The notes under the pieces were generated by a model that had not been told where the DNA came from, did no database searches, and saw only the letters and a list, made by a program, of their open reading frames with translations. From assembly GCA_027021365.1 (NCBI GenBank), contig JALUUM010000020.1, forward strand, positions 204,726-268,725: a stretch of 64,000 nt of DNA, read 5' to 3'. The first letter of the stretch is position 1. The number at the start of each line of letters is the position of its first letter. Of this stretch, positions 30,108 to 40,402 are shown one piece after another. The stretch is from Spirochaetales bacterium (GTDB lineage: Bacteria > Spirochaetota > Spirochaetia > SZUA-6). The translations under genes and the position numbers were made by a program.

Positions 30108-33100
30108 TTGTATAAGCCCGTTGATTCAAAGGTGAATTTCCCACAGATGGAAGAGCGAATATTGAAATTCTGGGAAGAGAGAGACATTTTTAAAAAATCG
30201 ATAAAACAGCGTGAGGATAGTGAAGAATTTGTTTTTTACGATGGACCTCCCTTTGCCACAGGATTGCCACACTTTGGCCACTTTGTTCCCGGTACGATAA
30301 AGGATGTAATTCCGCGCTATCAGACGATGAAGGGTAAAAAGGTAGAACGGAGATTCGGATGGGATTGTCACGGATTGCCTGTCGAATACGAGATGGAGAA
30401 GGAGCTGGGAATCTCAGGGAAAAGAGAAATAGAAGAGTTTGGCATAGCGAAATTCAACGAATCATGCAGATCGATCGTTCTGAGATACACGAAAGAGTGG
30501 CGCAACATAATAACGAGAATGGGAAGATGGGTTGATTTCGATAACGATTACAAGACAATGGATCCCGACTATATGGAATCCATATGGTGGGTCATAAAGG
30601 AACTTTGGGAGAGGAAGCTTCTTTATGAAGGTTACTACATTCTACCCTACTGTCCCAGGTGTTCGACAGTACTGTCAAATTTCGAACTGAACCTGGGGGG
30701 CTATCAGGATGTCCACGACCCTTCTATTACGGTTCGCTTTCGCATAGAGGGGCAAGAGAATACTTATTTTCTTGCATGGACGACTACACCATGGACACTG
30801 CCCTCCAACCTTGCCCTTGCACTGGGGCCGGATATAGAGTATGTGAAAGTCAGGGACGGGGATGAGTTTTACATTTTGGCAAAGGACAGATTATCAGAGT
30901 ATTACCGTTCCGAAGAAGAGTATGAAATAGTCAAGAGCTACAATGGTAAGGAGCTTGAGGGAATCGAATATGAACCCATTTTCCCATACTTTGCCAACTT
31001 AAGAGAGAGTGGGGCATTCAGAACCTACCTTGCAGACTACGTATCGACGGAGGAAGGTACGGGAATTGTTCATACTGCACCGGGGTTCGGCGAGGAGGAC
31101 TACTCGCTTCTAAAGGGAACTGAGGTGCCTGTCGTTTGCCCGGTGGATGCAGAGGGAAGATTCACGGAAGAGGTTTCGGATTACAAGGGACAATTTGTCA
31201 AGGATGCCGACAAGCAGATAATAAAGGATTTGAAGGAGCGAGGGATCCTGGTTAAGCATTCAACGTACCTTCATAGCTATCCCCATTGCTGGAGATGTCA
31301 TTCACCCCTTATATACAGGGCTATTTCTTCCTGGTTCGTGGATATAGAAAAGATAAAAGACGACATGCTAAATGCCAACAGGCAGATCAGGTGGGTTCCC
31401 GAACATTTGCGGGATGGAAGATTTGGCAAGTGGCTCGAGGGTGCAAGAGACTGGGCCATATCGAGGAACAGGTACTGGGGTAATCCACTTCCCATATGGA
31501 AATGTGAAAACTGCGGGGAGATGGTCTGCCTCGGTTCAAAGAAGGAACTGGAGGAGAGATCGGGACAAGAGGTAGAGGACCTTCACAAGCATTTCATTGA
31601 TCCCATAACTTTCAAATGCGAAAAGTGCGGCGGAACGATGCACAGGATTCCCGAGGTTCTGGACTGCTGGTTCGAATCGGGTGCAATGCCGTACGCACAG
31701 AGTCATTATCCCTTTGAAAACAAGGAACACTTCGAAAGCCATTTTCCGGCTGATTTCATATCGGAAGGTCTTGACCAGACGAGAGGTTGGTTCTACACGC
31801 TTACGGTACTTGCGGCTGCACTTTTCAAGAAACCCGCTTTCAAGAATGTCGTGGTGAACGGTCTGGTTCTTGCCGAAGACGGGAAGAAGATGTCCAAATC
31901 GGAGAGGAACTACACAGACCCGGCAGAGGTCGTAAACATGTATGGAGCCGATGCCCTGAGAATGTTTCTCATGCATTCGGCAGTGGTAAAAGCGGAAGAC
32001 CTCCGTTACTCTGATGATGGGGTAAAAGAGGTTCTCAAGAATGTGATAATACCTTTGTGGAATGCGTACAGCTTCTTCGTGACTTATGCCAATATAGACA
32101 AGGTCAGTCCGGAAGGCCCGCCTGAGAACCCGATAAATCCGTTGGATAAATGGATACTATCCGAGGCTGAGAGCCTCGTTTCCGAAGTGACCCGTCAACT
32201 GGACAACTATGATCTTCAGAAGGCAATAGATCCTATTGTGGACTTCATTGATCTCCTGAACAACTGGTATATACGTCGTTCAAGGAGACGTTTCTGGAGA
32301 TCGGAAAATGATCTCGACAAGGAGCAGGCTTATCAAACTCTCTACTCTGTTTTGTTGAAACTCGTTACCGTGGCTTCACCCTTCATACCTTTTACAACGG
32401 AGGAAATATATCTGAATCTTCGCAGAAAGAACATGTGTGAATCTATTCATCTCTGTGATTTCCCGGTGGAGGACAGCTCAAGGCGCGATTTAGAATTGGA
32501 GAAAAAGATGGCAATAACGAGGAAAGCCGTTTCTCTGGGAAGAGCTCTGCGAACGATGCATAATATAAAGATAAGGCAACCCCTTAAGGCCATACATCTC
32601 GTTACGAGGAACCGAGAGGAGCGGTCTGCACTCCTGGAAATGGAGGATATAATAAAAGAGGAACTCAATGTCAAAGGGGTTATATTAAGGGAGAATGAAG
32701 AAGAACTGGTAGAATACAGGGCGAAACCGAATTACAGAATCCTTGGGAAAAAACTCGGCAAGAGCATGAAACTCGCAGCATCGAAGATCGAATCACTGGA
32801 TAGCAGAACAATCCAGTCGCTTCTCGATGGTTCTACCCTGTCCATAGACCTCGACGGAAAGAGTTTTGATCTCGATAGGGAGGGGATCAATGTAATTCGA
32901 ATCGAGAAGAAGAATCTCAAGGTTCTCAATGAGGGGTCCCTCACCGTTGCCCTCGATGCGGAACTCAGTGAGGAGTTGATCGAGGAAGGTATAATAAGGG
33001 ACATGGTACGAAGCGTGCAGAATTTGAGGAAAGATCTTGGATTGAATGTGACGGACAGGATAGAGTTGTATCTCTATGGTTCTGACAAGTTGAAAAGAGC

Positions 33101-33242
33101 GGTTGAGAATTTTCAAGATCATCTTAAGGGCGAAACACTGGCTGTTGCATGGAAATGGGAAGAGCACAAAGGTGCGCGTGAGGTGGAATGTGGGGAGGAA
33201 AGATGTTACATATTCGCAAGAAAATCAGAAAAGACCGGATGA
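30108..33242 (+). CDS. ileS: Isoleucine--tRNA ligase, type 2 (eukaryote-like). An alternative in-frame TTG lies at 30087.
   Basis: HIGH (PHFGH), KMSKS, CxxC zinc knuckles, and a ~1040-aa type-2 length. SD AGGAGG (30097-30102) sits 5 nt before TTG 30108. Confidence 0.93.
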   Translation: MYKPVDSKVNFPQMEERILKFWEERDIFKKSIKQREDSEEFVFYDGPPFATGLPHFGHFVPGTIKDVIPRYQTMKGKKVERRFGWDCHGLPVEYEMEKELGISGKREIEEFGIAKFNESCRSIVLRYTKEWRNIITRMGRWVDFDNDYKTMDPDYMESIWWVIKELWERKLLYEGYYILPYCPRCSTVLSNFELNLGGYQDVHDPSITVRFRIEGQENTYFLAWTTTPWTLPSNLALALGPDIEYVKVRDGDEFYILAKDRLSEYYRSEEEYEIVKSYNGKELEGIEYEPIFPYFANLRESGAFRTYLADYVSTEEGTGIVHTAPGFGEEDYSLLKGTEVPVVCPVDAEGRFTEEVSDYKGQFVKDADKQIIKDLKERGILVKHSTYLHSYPHCWRCHSPLIYRAISSWFVDIEKIKDDMLNANRQIRWVPEHLRDGRFGKWLEGARDWAISRNRYWGNPLPIWKCENCGEMVCLGSKKELEERSGQEVEDLHKHFIDPITFKCEKCGGTMHRIPEVLDCWFESGAMPYAQSHYPFENKEHFESHFPADFISEGLDQTRGWFYTLTVLAAALFKKPAFKNVVVNGLVLAEDGKKMSKSERNYTDPAEVVNMYGADALRMFLMHSAVVKAEDLRYSDDGVKEVLKNVIIPLWNAYSFFVTYANIDKVSPEGPPENPINPLDKWILSEAESLVSEVTRQLDNYDLQKAIDPIVDFIDLLNNWYIRRSRRRFWRSENDLDKEQAYQTLYSVLLKLVTVASPFIPFTTEEIYLNLRRKNMCESIHLCDFPVEDSSRRDLELEKKMAITRKAVSLGRALRTMHNIKIRQPLKAIHLVTRNREERSALLEMEDIIKEELNVKGVILRENEEELVEYRAKPNYRILGKKLGKSMKLAASKIESLDSRTIQSLLDGSTLSIDLDGKSFDLDREGINVIRIEKKNLKVLNEGSLTVALDAELSEELIEEGIIRDMVRSVQNLRKDLGLNVTDRIELYLYGSDKLKRAVENFQDHLKGETLAVAWKWEEHKGAREVECGEERCYIFARKSEKTG

Positions 33243-34177
33243 TCAGGTCCTTATCAGGACTGGTAATATTTTCGGCAATCCTTCTCGTATCTTCCTGTGC
33301 AACCGTACCACCTCAGCCCAAACCGGACACCTGGTTTTCGATACTCCCGGAGAAATCTGACATCTATTTCTTTCTAAGGAAAGAGGAGATGACAGATATC
33401 ATTGATGGCATCATAGACGGAACAAAATTCGACAGCAAGGATGTTCGATTTGTAATCTCCAAGACGAATATCATGTATGGTTCGGTTATAACCGGTGATG
33501 AAAATAAAGAGAATCTGGTTTCACTCGTTGCTCTGGGCAGTTACCCTCGTGGGATGATGAACTTACAACTCTGGATGAATTCAGCATGGAAAAACAGAGG
33601 GGAAACACAAAAATACTGGTACAATAAGAGTGAAGATATAGAGCTATGGATTCCCAGTAGTGATGTGCTTATGATTTCCCAGGGTTTTATGTCCGAGATG
33701 GAGAGGAACTATTCAGAGCCGAGATACCTGGTCATACCTGAGAAGCTTAAGAGTGACATGAATAGTGCGGACTTCATAGTATATGTTCCCGGTGTTTCAG
33801 AGGGAAAAAGTATAGATTCCTCCATAAATCCTGCATTGAAAAAGAGTAATATTCCGATAAATGCTCTCTGGTTTTCGATGAAGAGGAAAGACGCTGATTT
33901 CCTTGTCGGTGCTGATTTCATAATGCCAACGGAAAAACAGGCGAGGCTTTTTTCATTTGTCTTTCGTCTCGTTTTGACCGCCTGGCTTAGGAGTGAAAAG
34001 GTAGAGGGAATTGCGGAGAAGTTGAAAGGGGTAAAGATTTCGAGCAATGGCAACAATGTCGATATATCGGGGTTGGTCCTTCCCACGCAAAATGTACTTG
34101 CTGTAGCTTTGAAATTCATGGGAGGTTCAGAAGCACGATCGAGTAAGATTGCAGAGGAAAAACCGAAAAAGAGATAA
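33239..34177 (+). CDS. Hypothetical lipoprotein
   Basis: ATGA overlap with the ileS stop. Signal peptide and lipobox (ILLVSSC). No family recognised. Confidence 0.6.
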   Translation: MIRSLSGLVIFSAILLVSSCATVPPQPKPDTWFSILPEKSDIYFFLRKEEMTDIIDGIIDGTKFDSKDVRFVISKTNIMYGSVITGDENKENLVSLVALGSYPRGMMNLQLWMNSAWKNRGETQKYWYNKSEDIELWIPSSDVLMISQGFMSEMERNYSEPRYLVIPEKLKSDMNSADFIVYVPGVSEGKSIDSSINPALKKSNIPINALWFSMKRKDADFLVGADFIMPTEKQARLFSFVFRLVLTAWLRSEKVEGIAEKLKGVKISSNGNNVDISGLVLPTQNVLAVALKFMGGSEARSSKIAEEKPKKR

Positions 34178-34220
34178 GTTGAAGACTCGAAGAGAGAAAG
34201 GATAAAGGAAGGATAGTGAG

Positions 34221-34823
34221 TTGATAGTCGTTGTTGATTACAAGGCAGGTAACCTGAAGAGCGTCGAAACAGCGATGCAATACCTTGGTGCTGATTTCAC
34301 CATAACGGACAGGCCTGAGGAAGTTGTAAAAGCCGATAAGCTTATTGTCCCGGGTGTGGGAGAGGCGAGAGCGGCAATGGAGAACCTGAAGAGTAGAGGC
34401 CTTGATAGTGCATTAGAAGATTTTTTCGATTCGGGTAAATTTTTGCTTGGTATCTGCATTGGTATCCAGCTTTTCTTCGAAAGGTCAGAGGAGAGGGATA
34501 CGGAGTGCCTGGGCTTTTTGAAGGGAAAGGTTGTAAGATTCCCGGAAATGGAGGGTCTGAAGGTTCCCCATATGGGATGGAATCAGGTGGAAATTGTTCG
34601 TGATACCCACCTCACCAGAGGGATAGAATCCGGCTCATCCTTTTATTTTGTTCACTCATATTACCCCCTCCCTGAAGATGAAAAATACATAATAGGTGAA
34701 ACGGATTATGGAATACGTTTCACCAGTGCGGTGCAATGGGAAAACCTCTTTGCCGTACAATTTCATCCAGAGAAATCAGGAAGGAGCGGATTGAAACTGC
34801 TCTCTAATTTTGTTTCCATGTGA
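34221..34823 (+). CDS. hisH: Imidazole glycerol phosphate synthase, glutamine amidotransferase subunit
   Basis: Class I GATase triad context (GICIGIQL, HSYY, QFHPEKS). TTG start. Adjacent to hisF. Confidence 0.85.
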   Translation: MIVVVDYKAGNLKSVETAMQYLGADFTITDRPEEVVKADKLIVPGVGEARAAMENLKSRGLDSALEDFFDSGKFLLGICIGIQLFFERSEERDTECLGFLKGKVVRFPEMEGLKVPHMGWNQVEIVRDTHLTRGIESGSSFYFVHSYYPLPEDEKYIIGETDYGIRFTSAVQWENLFAVQFHPEKSGRSGLKLLSNFVSM

Positions 34824-34868
34824 GAGGCATCAATGCAGTATTCATACAGTATATGAAAAGGTATAACA

Positions 34869-35639
34869 ATGCTTGAAAAACGAGTAATAGTTTGTCTCGA
34901 TGTCAGAGACGGAAGAACAACCAAGGGTATAAGATTCAAAGACAACATAGATGTAGGTGATCCGGTGGAGATGGCCAGATTCTACTATGAAGAGGGTGCT
35001 GATGAACTGGTCTTCTATGATATTACTGCTTCCGCTGAAAAGAGGAAGATAATGATAGATGTGGTAAGAAAGGTTGCCGAGGTGATATTCATTCCCTTTT
35101 CAGTGGGCGGTGGAATTGGAAGTGTATCCGATATGAGAAATGTACTTCTGGCGGGAGCAGAAAAGGTAAGTGTAAATTCCCAGGCGGTAAGAAATCCTGA
35201 GATAATAGAGGAGGGTGCATCACTCTTTGGTAGCCAGTGTATCGTACTAGGATTGGATGCAGCATACGATGAAACAATGCCTTCAGGTTACAGGGTTTAC
35301 ATCGATGGAGGAAGAACTCCCACCGAGCTCGATGCTCTAGAGTGGTCAAAAAGGGCTGAATCACTGGGCGCAGGTGAAATTGTGCTTAACTCCATCGATG
35401 CGGATGGAACCAAGAACGGGTATGAGTTGAATCTTACAAGGTTGATTTCCACCTCTGTGCATATTCCGGTGGTGGCTTCTGGAGGTGCGGGAAAACCCGA
35501 ACACCTCTATGAGGTATTTACAGAGGGAAGGGCTGATGCTGCCCTGATAGCCTCGATGGTTCATTTCAATATGTATAGCATATCTGAAATAAAGGATTTT
35601 TTGAATAAACGCGGTATTCATGTTCGTATGAATGGATAA
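34869..35639 (+). CDS. hisF: Imidazole glycerol phosphate synthase, cyclase subunit
   Basis: [27 protein letters not shown], and a duplicated half-barrel layout. Confidence 0.88.
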   Translation: MLEKRVIVCLDVRDGRTTKGIRFKDNIDVGDPVEMARFYYEEGADELVFYDITASAEKRKIMIDVVRKVAEVIFIPFSVGGGIGSVSDMRNVLLAGAEKVSVNSQAVRNPEIIEEGASLFGSQCIVLGLDAAYDETMPSGYRVYIDGGRTPTELDALEWSKRAESLGAGEIVLNSIDADGTKNGYELNLTRLISTSVHIPVVASGGAGKPEHLYEVFTEGRADAALIASMVHFNMYSISEIKDFLNKRGIHVRMNG

Positions 35640-35648
35640 ATAGGATAA

Positions 35649-35677
35649 TTGATTAATTTCCGATTTTTTTATATATT
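35649..35677 (+). promoter_or_regulatory. Putative sigma70 promoter (TTGATT-17-TATATT) upstream of the FmdB-type gene
   Basis: -35 at 35649-35654 and -10 at 35672-35677. The leader carries SD AGGAG. Confidence 0.4.
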
Positions 35678-35719
35678 GTAAATACGATTCAACTATCCCT
35701 TTTCGAATAGGAGACTCAG

Positions 35720-36016
35720 ATGCCCACATACGATTACGAATGTACCAAGTGTCACTATACTTTCGAGGTGTTTCAGAGAATTTCCGAAGAACCGGTTAAG
35801 GTTTGTCCTGAGTGCGGAGGAGTGGTAAAGCGCTTGATAGGTGGGGGTACGGGGATTATTTTCAAAGGAAGCGGCTTTTATACAACGGATTATAAACGTT
35901 CCGGAACAAACTCGAGTTCTGTTTCTTCGGGAGGAAACGGGAAGGGGCAGGATACTTCGGGCGAAGCTTCCAAGGAGAAGCAGCCTACCTCGAATAAGGG
36001 AAAAGACAAAGATTGA
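35720..36016 (+). CDS. FmdB-family zinc-ribbon protein with an S/G/K-rich tail
   Basis: MPTYDYEC..C....VCPECGG is the FmdB/CxxC_CxxC_SSSS signature. Confidence 0.8.
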   Translation: MPTYDYECTKCHYTFEVFQRISEEPVKVCPECGGVVKRLIGGGTGIIFKGSGFYTTDYKRSGTNSSSVSSGGNGKGQDTSGEASKEKQPTSNKGKDKD

Positions 36017-36058
36017 AAATTATCTGGTTCGACGATCAGATCATAATAAGGTCGTCAA

Positions 36059-37234
36059 TCAGATTGTCAATGTATCAATTTCCATCTCTGCCGATTGTAT
36101 CAGTTCTTCGAGATTTGTTTCCGAGTATGCATTGGAAATGTCTTCCAGTCTTGGCCTTACTGTTGGGTGTCTGGGAGCGAAGAGTGTACAACAATCTTCA
36201 TAGGGGAGTATGGAAGTTTCAAAGGTACCTATTCTCCTGGCCATTGCAATTATTTCCTCTTTATCGAGCCCAATGAGAGGCCTGAAAACGGGAAGGTCTG
36301 TCATATTATCGGTGAATCTTATGCTCTCTGGTGTCTGACTGGCAACCTGGCCAAGACTTTCCCCTGTAATAAGGCAGGCATAAGATTTACGCTTTGCAAC
36401 TCTGTCGGCAATCTTAACCATGGCTGCACGCATAAGAAGGGTGACATCTTTTGATTTTGCCCTCTCCTTTATTCTCTCCTGAATCGCTGTAAAGGGCACT
36501 ACATTCAATTTTATATCATTGTTGTAACGTTTCAAAATCGCAGATAACTTTTTGACTTTTTCAAGGGCCATGGGAGATGTATAGGGAGGTGAGTGAAAGT
36601 ATATTGTGTCGAGCGAAAGCCCCCTCTTGGACATCATGTATCCGGCAACCGGAGAATCGATTCCTCCCGAGAGAAGCAGGATACCCTTACCGGAGGTCCC
36701 TACAGGAAGTCCACCGGCCCCCCTCTGCATATCGGCATATACGTAGACTCTTTCCCTTACCTCTACATAGATACACCAATCGGGGTTATGAACATCTACC
36801 CTGCATGCTCCTTTGAATGAGTCGAGAATGTGATCTCCGATTGCACAAGCTATGTCATAAGAGGTTTGTGGAAAAGACTTATCGATACGTCTTACCTCTG
36901 CCTTAAAGCTGGATTTGCCATTACGGATTGCCTCCTCGGAGAGAAGCTTGGAGGCTTTAACTATCGCTTCGATACTCTTTTCTGTGACATAAGCAATGCC
37001 AAAACCGACTATTCCGAAAACTTCCCCAAGGCCTTTCATTATATCTTCCGCATTCTCTTCCCCGAAACGGAGAAAAATCCGGCCCCAGGTTTTTATCACC
37101 TCTAGCCCCTTGTATCCCTTGAACTTTTCTCTGATGTTCTCTAAGAGTTTTCTTTCGAATCTCTCTCTGTTTCCTTTTTTCAGTGCGAGTTCACCGTACT
37201 TTATCAGTATTAGCTTTTCAGGGTTGCTCCTCAT
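36059..37234 (-). CDS. thiI: tRNA 4-thiouridine(8) synthase ThiI (no rhodanese domain)
   Basis: THUMP-type N-terminus and PP-loop SGGIDSPVAGYMM. 391 aa. Confidence 0.88.
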   Translation of the reverse strand: MRSNPEKLILIKYGELALKKGNRERFERKLLENIREKFKGYKGLEVIKTWGRIFLRFGEENAEDIMKGLGEVFGIVGFGIAYVTEKSIEAIVKASKLLSEEAIRNGKSSFKAEVRRIDKSFPQTSYDIACAIGDHILDSFKGACRVDVHNPDWCIYVEVRERVYVYADMQRGAGGLPVGTSGKGILLLSGGIDSPVAGYMMSKRGLSLDTIYFHSPPYTSPMALEKVKKLSAILKRYNNDIKLNVVPFTAIQERIKERAKSKDVTLLMRAAMVKIADRVAKRKSYACLITGESLGQVASQTPESIRFTDNMTDLPVFRPLIGLDKEEIIAMARRIGTFETSILPYEDCCTLFAPRHPTVRPRLEDISNAYSETNLEELIQSAEMEIDTLTI

Positions 37235-38433
37235 CTGCCCGCCACCCTTTTTAATCTGAAGACTGTTTCTGAAATTATCGGAAAGGTATCCTCGATATCT
37301 CTTTCACTGGTCGACGGGCCAAATGAAAAACGCACGGCAGATCCGGCAACCTCCTCCGTTATGCCCATGGCCCTGAGCACCCTTGCTCTTTTCTGCGGGT
37401 TTCGGGAGGAACAGGCAGAACCGGCGGAAACCATTATCCCTCTCTCGGACAATGCCCGTACAAGGACTTCGGATGGTATGGGCGGAAATGAAACTGTGAG
37501 TATGTAAGGTGAAAAGAGAGAGGGATTATCAATTCTCTCTTCCGGTATTATGATACCAATCCCCGATTCCCTGATTTTGCCGATAAGGCAGTTTGAAACT
37601 TTGGACACGATTCCGTAGTTTTCTCTCATGTTTTTAGCGTATTTTTCAAGGCACCTCTCGAAGGCAACTGCCGATGGAAGATTCTCAGTTCCCGGCCTCT
37701 TCCCCTTCTCCTGGCTTCCGCCTCTGAATAGAGAAGAGACACCGGTAGAGTTTTTCAGATACAGTACACCTGTTCCCTTTGGGCCACCAATCTTGTGGGC
37801 ACTGAAAGATGCGGAATCCACAGGGAGCTTTTTCAATTCTACCGGTATCTTTCCGAGTGCCTGGATTGCATCTGTGTGAAAATGGATTTTTCTCCCTGTT
37901 TTTCGTGAAAAGTCTTGTACGATGCCGGAAGCTTCATCTATTGGCTGTATTGCTCCCGTTTCATTGTTTACGTACATTACGGATACGAGTTGAGTCCTTT
38001 CATCCAGTTTTTCTGCAAACTCATCGATATTGAACATTCCATTTTTCTTTGTTGATATTCTTTCCACGGTGAAGCCGAAGCGTGCCATCGTTGTTGCCGG
38101 TTCATCGAAAGAGGAATGCTCGATTGAACTTAGGATTATCTTAGGATGGTTTTTCAATATCGATTCTATGTTGAGTTTCTTGAGAAGGTTGAATATAACG
38201 ATATTATTCGATTCAGTGCCACCCGATGTGAATGTTACTTCATCGGAAGAAACACCTAAAAGACCTGCAAAACTTTCTCTGCTCTCGTTGAGGGTACTAT
38301 TCGCCCTCAGCCCGTAATCATGTATGGATGAGGGATTACCAAAGGTATAGAAGTAATCTTCGATGGTTTTTCTTATAATGTCTCTCTCTGGTATTGCCGT
38401 AGCGGCCCAGTCGAAATAGTATGTGTTGTTCAT
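37231..38433 (-). CDS. Cysteine desulfurase (NifS/IscS class V aminotransferase)
   Basis: PLP lysine context SAHKIGGPKG and active-site loop SAGSACSS. ATGA-type overlap with thiI. Confidence 0.85.
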   Translation of the reverse strand: MNNTYYFDWAATAIPERDIIRKTIEDYFYTFGNPSSIHDYGLRANSTLNESRESFAGLLGVSSDEVTFTSGGTESNNIVIFNLLKKLNIESILKNHPKIILSSIEHSSFDEPATTMARFGFTVERISTKKNGMFNIDEFAEKLDERTQLVSVMYVNNETGAIQPIDEASGIVQDFSRKTGRKIHFHTDAIQALGKIPVELKKLPVDSASFSAHKIGGPKGTGVLYLKNSTGVSSLFRGGSQEKGKRPGTENLPSAVAFERCLEKYAKNMRENYGIVSKVSNCLIGKIRESGIGIIIPEERIDNPSLFSPYILTVSFPPIPSEVLVRALSERGIMVSAGSACSSRNPQKRARVLRAMGITEEVAGSAVRFSFGPSTSERDIEDTFPIISETVFRLKRVAGR

Positions 38434-38442
38434 CAAATTAAG

Positions 38443-38471
38443 AATATAGAAAAGAGTATCGGAATCTTCAA
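38443..38471 (-). promoter_or_regulatory. Putative sigma70 promoter of the nifS-thiI operon (TTGAAG-17-TATATT); the -10 ends 9 nt before ATG 38433
   Basis: Minus strand: -35 at 38471-38466 and -10 at 38448-38443. No SD. Confidence 0.45.
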
Positions 38472-38500
38472 GTAAAAGAACTCTTTTTCACTATGGTAAC

Positions 38501-38529
38501 TTGAAAAAATAATATAATACCTTTATCCT
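38501..38529 (+). promoter_or_regulatory. Possible promoter of the arsR-family gene (TTGAAA-17-TATCCT), 11 nt before the ATG; the 8-bp palindrome CTATATAG lies between the -10 and the ATG
   Basis: -35 at 38501-38506 and a weaker -10 at 38524-38529. Confidence 0.3.
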
Positions 38530-38540
38530 ATATAGTAATT

Positions 38541-38843
38541 ATGGAAATAGATAGAGAGCTTGTAGAAAAAATTGAGGAAGTCGCTCCGAAGTTAAAGGCC
38601 TGTGGCCATCATCTCCGCCTGAAGATTCTCTGCGCAATAGAATCAAGGGATGTGTGCGTGACGGATCTGTGGGAGTGTTTCGGACAGAGCCAACCGGTCG
38701 TTTCACAGCACCTTGCGGTTTTGAAGAGAAAGGGAATAGTAAAGGCAGCCGTTCAGGGAAACAAGAGAATATATACGATTGTCGATCCTTTCATCGAGAA
38801 ACTCGTGAGAGACCTCATAAAAAAAGGGCACAAGGAGAGTTAA
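38541..38843 (+). CDS. ArsR/SmtB family transcriptional regulator
   Basis: wHTH (VTDLWECFGQSQPVVSQHLAVLKRKGIV). Only one Cys sits in the position of the ArsR CVC motif. Confidence 0.8.
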   Translation: MEIDRELVEKIEEVAPKLKACGHHLRLKILCAIESRDVCVTDLWECFGQSQPVVSQHLAVLKRKGIVKAAVQGNKRIYTIVDPFIEKLVRDLIKKGHKES

Positions 38844-38852
38844 ACATCACAT

Positions 38853-38874
38853 AATCCCAGAAACAAAAGGGATT
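38853..38874. terminator. Weak hairpin between convergent arsR-like and OPX genes (AATCCC-N10-GGGATT)
   Basis: 6-bp stem with a 10-nt loop and only a partial T-run. Confidence 0.3.
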
Positions 38875-38875
38875 T

Positions 38876-40396
38876 CTATTTGACAATCCTGCTGTTGATG
38901 AAGTCAAGAATCAAATTTGTAAATGTAATGACCGAAGTTATGAATCCTGTGACCACTACTATGTTGTCGAACATCTTCTGAGTCTTTGTCCATGCATTCT
39001 TTTCTACGAAAATCACATTGCCGGGTGAGACTTCATCGGTCAGTGAAGCCTTCCTTCTGTTTCCCTTTTCGTCAACAAAGTATATGCCATTGGGGTCTCC
39101 TGTTTCGGTATCTATTCCCCCTGATGCCAGGATGTAGTCCGCTACTGTATAGCCGCTGCTGAAAGGTACCGCACCGGGATTGGCAACTTGACCGCTTACG
39201 AATACCTGGAGTTTTTTCATCGGGATGAGTATGTAGTCTCCGGGTTCGATTGGAATGTTCAAGGGGGAACTCTCATCGGACCAGAGTTTTTTTACATCAA
39301 CGGGTATCTTTTTACCACTCTTTGCCCTGACAACATAGCTCCTCTCTGCTTCGGCATATGGTGTCGGGCCACCCAACTGTTTCAGAATGTCGAGAAGGGT
39401 TACTCCCTGGTAATACGGTATGTTTACGACAATGGGCTTTACCGGAATCTTAACGGCCTTTTCGCTCTGAAGGGGCCTTCCGTAGAGAGCTCCTTCCACC
39501 ATGATCATTTCCTTGTTTTCGAATTTGGAAGGTACATTCACCTTGTCTCCGTTCAAGAGAACGTACTTCTCAGCTTCCATGGCCTTTGCATAGGAGACTT
39601 CCACTGAACCGTCACTCTTTAGTCTCGTAATTTCTATCTTGTCCGGTATTGCATCCGGTGAAAGACCACCTGCAAAGCCCAGGAGGTCTTTCAGTGTTTC
39701 TCCCGGAAGAAGCTCGTATTTCCCGGGGTATGGAACCTTTCCCGAAATAGAGACTACTACCTGGGCCTGGGGTATGTATATCTTGTCACCCGGTTCCAGG
39801 GTAGGATTCTGTGAAAGATCTGCCTTCAGTGTAAACTGGGCAAGGTCCAACACCCTCTCTTCCCCCTTTCTGAAGAGGTAGACCCGCCTGAAACTTCCCC
39901 CAGGTTTGAATCCCTTTGCAAGAAGTATGGCATCCCAGACCCTTGCCAGCGGGTTCACAGTTATGATTCCCGGCGTTGCTATTCCTCCGTAGACGAAAAT
40001 ATCGAACTGCGCGGGAGACTGGAGGATGAAACTAACATAATCCGTTGGAATGGAAGACTTTATCTTCTTATGAACGTAGGCTCTAAGTGCCTTGAAGGTC
40101 ATACCCTTCACGTTTATCGTACCGATAAAGGGAACATCCAGTTCGTAGTTCTGTTGCAGGACGAGCGAGTACACCTGAGTGGTCTCCATCCTGATTATCA
40201 GTTGATACGTATCGCCGGGAGTTGGCCTGTATTGTGTATTGCTTATTATTCTCTTTGCTATGGTAGAGAGATTTGCCATGCTCTGAGTTGACGGTGTGAC
40301 GTGGTTCCCGAATCCCCAGAACGCCGATCCGTTGTCTGGGAATAGTAACAGAGCGGAAAGAATAAAAATCGAGATGAGCAGGCTAATTCTTTTCAT
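38876..40396 (-). CDS. Outer-membrane polysaccharide export (OPX, Wza-like) protein with multiple SLBB domains
   Basis: Signal peptide (MKRISLLISIFILSALLL). Repeated SLBB-type motifs (PGDTYQL, EPGDKIYIP, NGDKVNVP, EPGDYILIP, SPGNVIFV). C-terminal hydrophobic helix. Start set at ATG 40396. Confidence 0.75.
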   Translation of the reverse strand: MKRISLLISIFILSALLLFPDNGSAFWGFGNHVTPSTQSMANLSTIAKRIISNTQYRPTPGDTYQLIIRMETTQVYSLVLQQNYELDVPFIGTINVKGMTFKALRAYVHKKIKSSIPTDYVSFILQSPAQFDIFVYGGIATPGIITVNPLARVWDAILLAKGFKPGGSFRRVYLFRKGEERVLDLAQFTLKADLSQNPTLEPGDKIYIPQAQVVVSISGKVPYPGKYELLPGETLKDLLGFAGGLSPDAIPDKIEITRLKSDGSVEVSYAKAMEAEKYVLLNGDKVNVPSKFENKEMIMVEGALYGRPLQSEKAVKIPVKPIVVNIPYYQGVTLLDILKQLGGPTPYAEAERSYVVRAKSGKKIPVDVKKLWSDESSPLNIPIEPGDYILIPMKKLQVFVSGQVANPGAVPFSSGYTVADYILASGGIDTETGDPNGIYFVDEKGNRRKASLTDEVSPGNVIFVEKNAWTKTQKMFDNIVVVTGFITSVITFTNLILDFINSRIVK

Positions 40397-40402
40397 GGGG
40401 CG

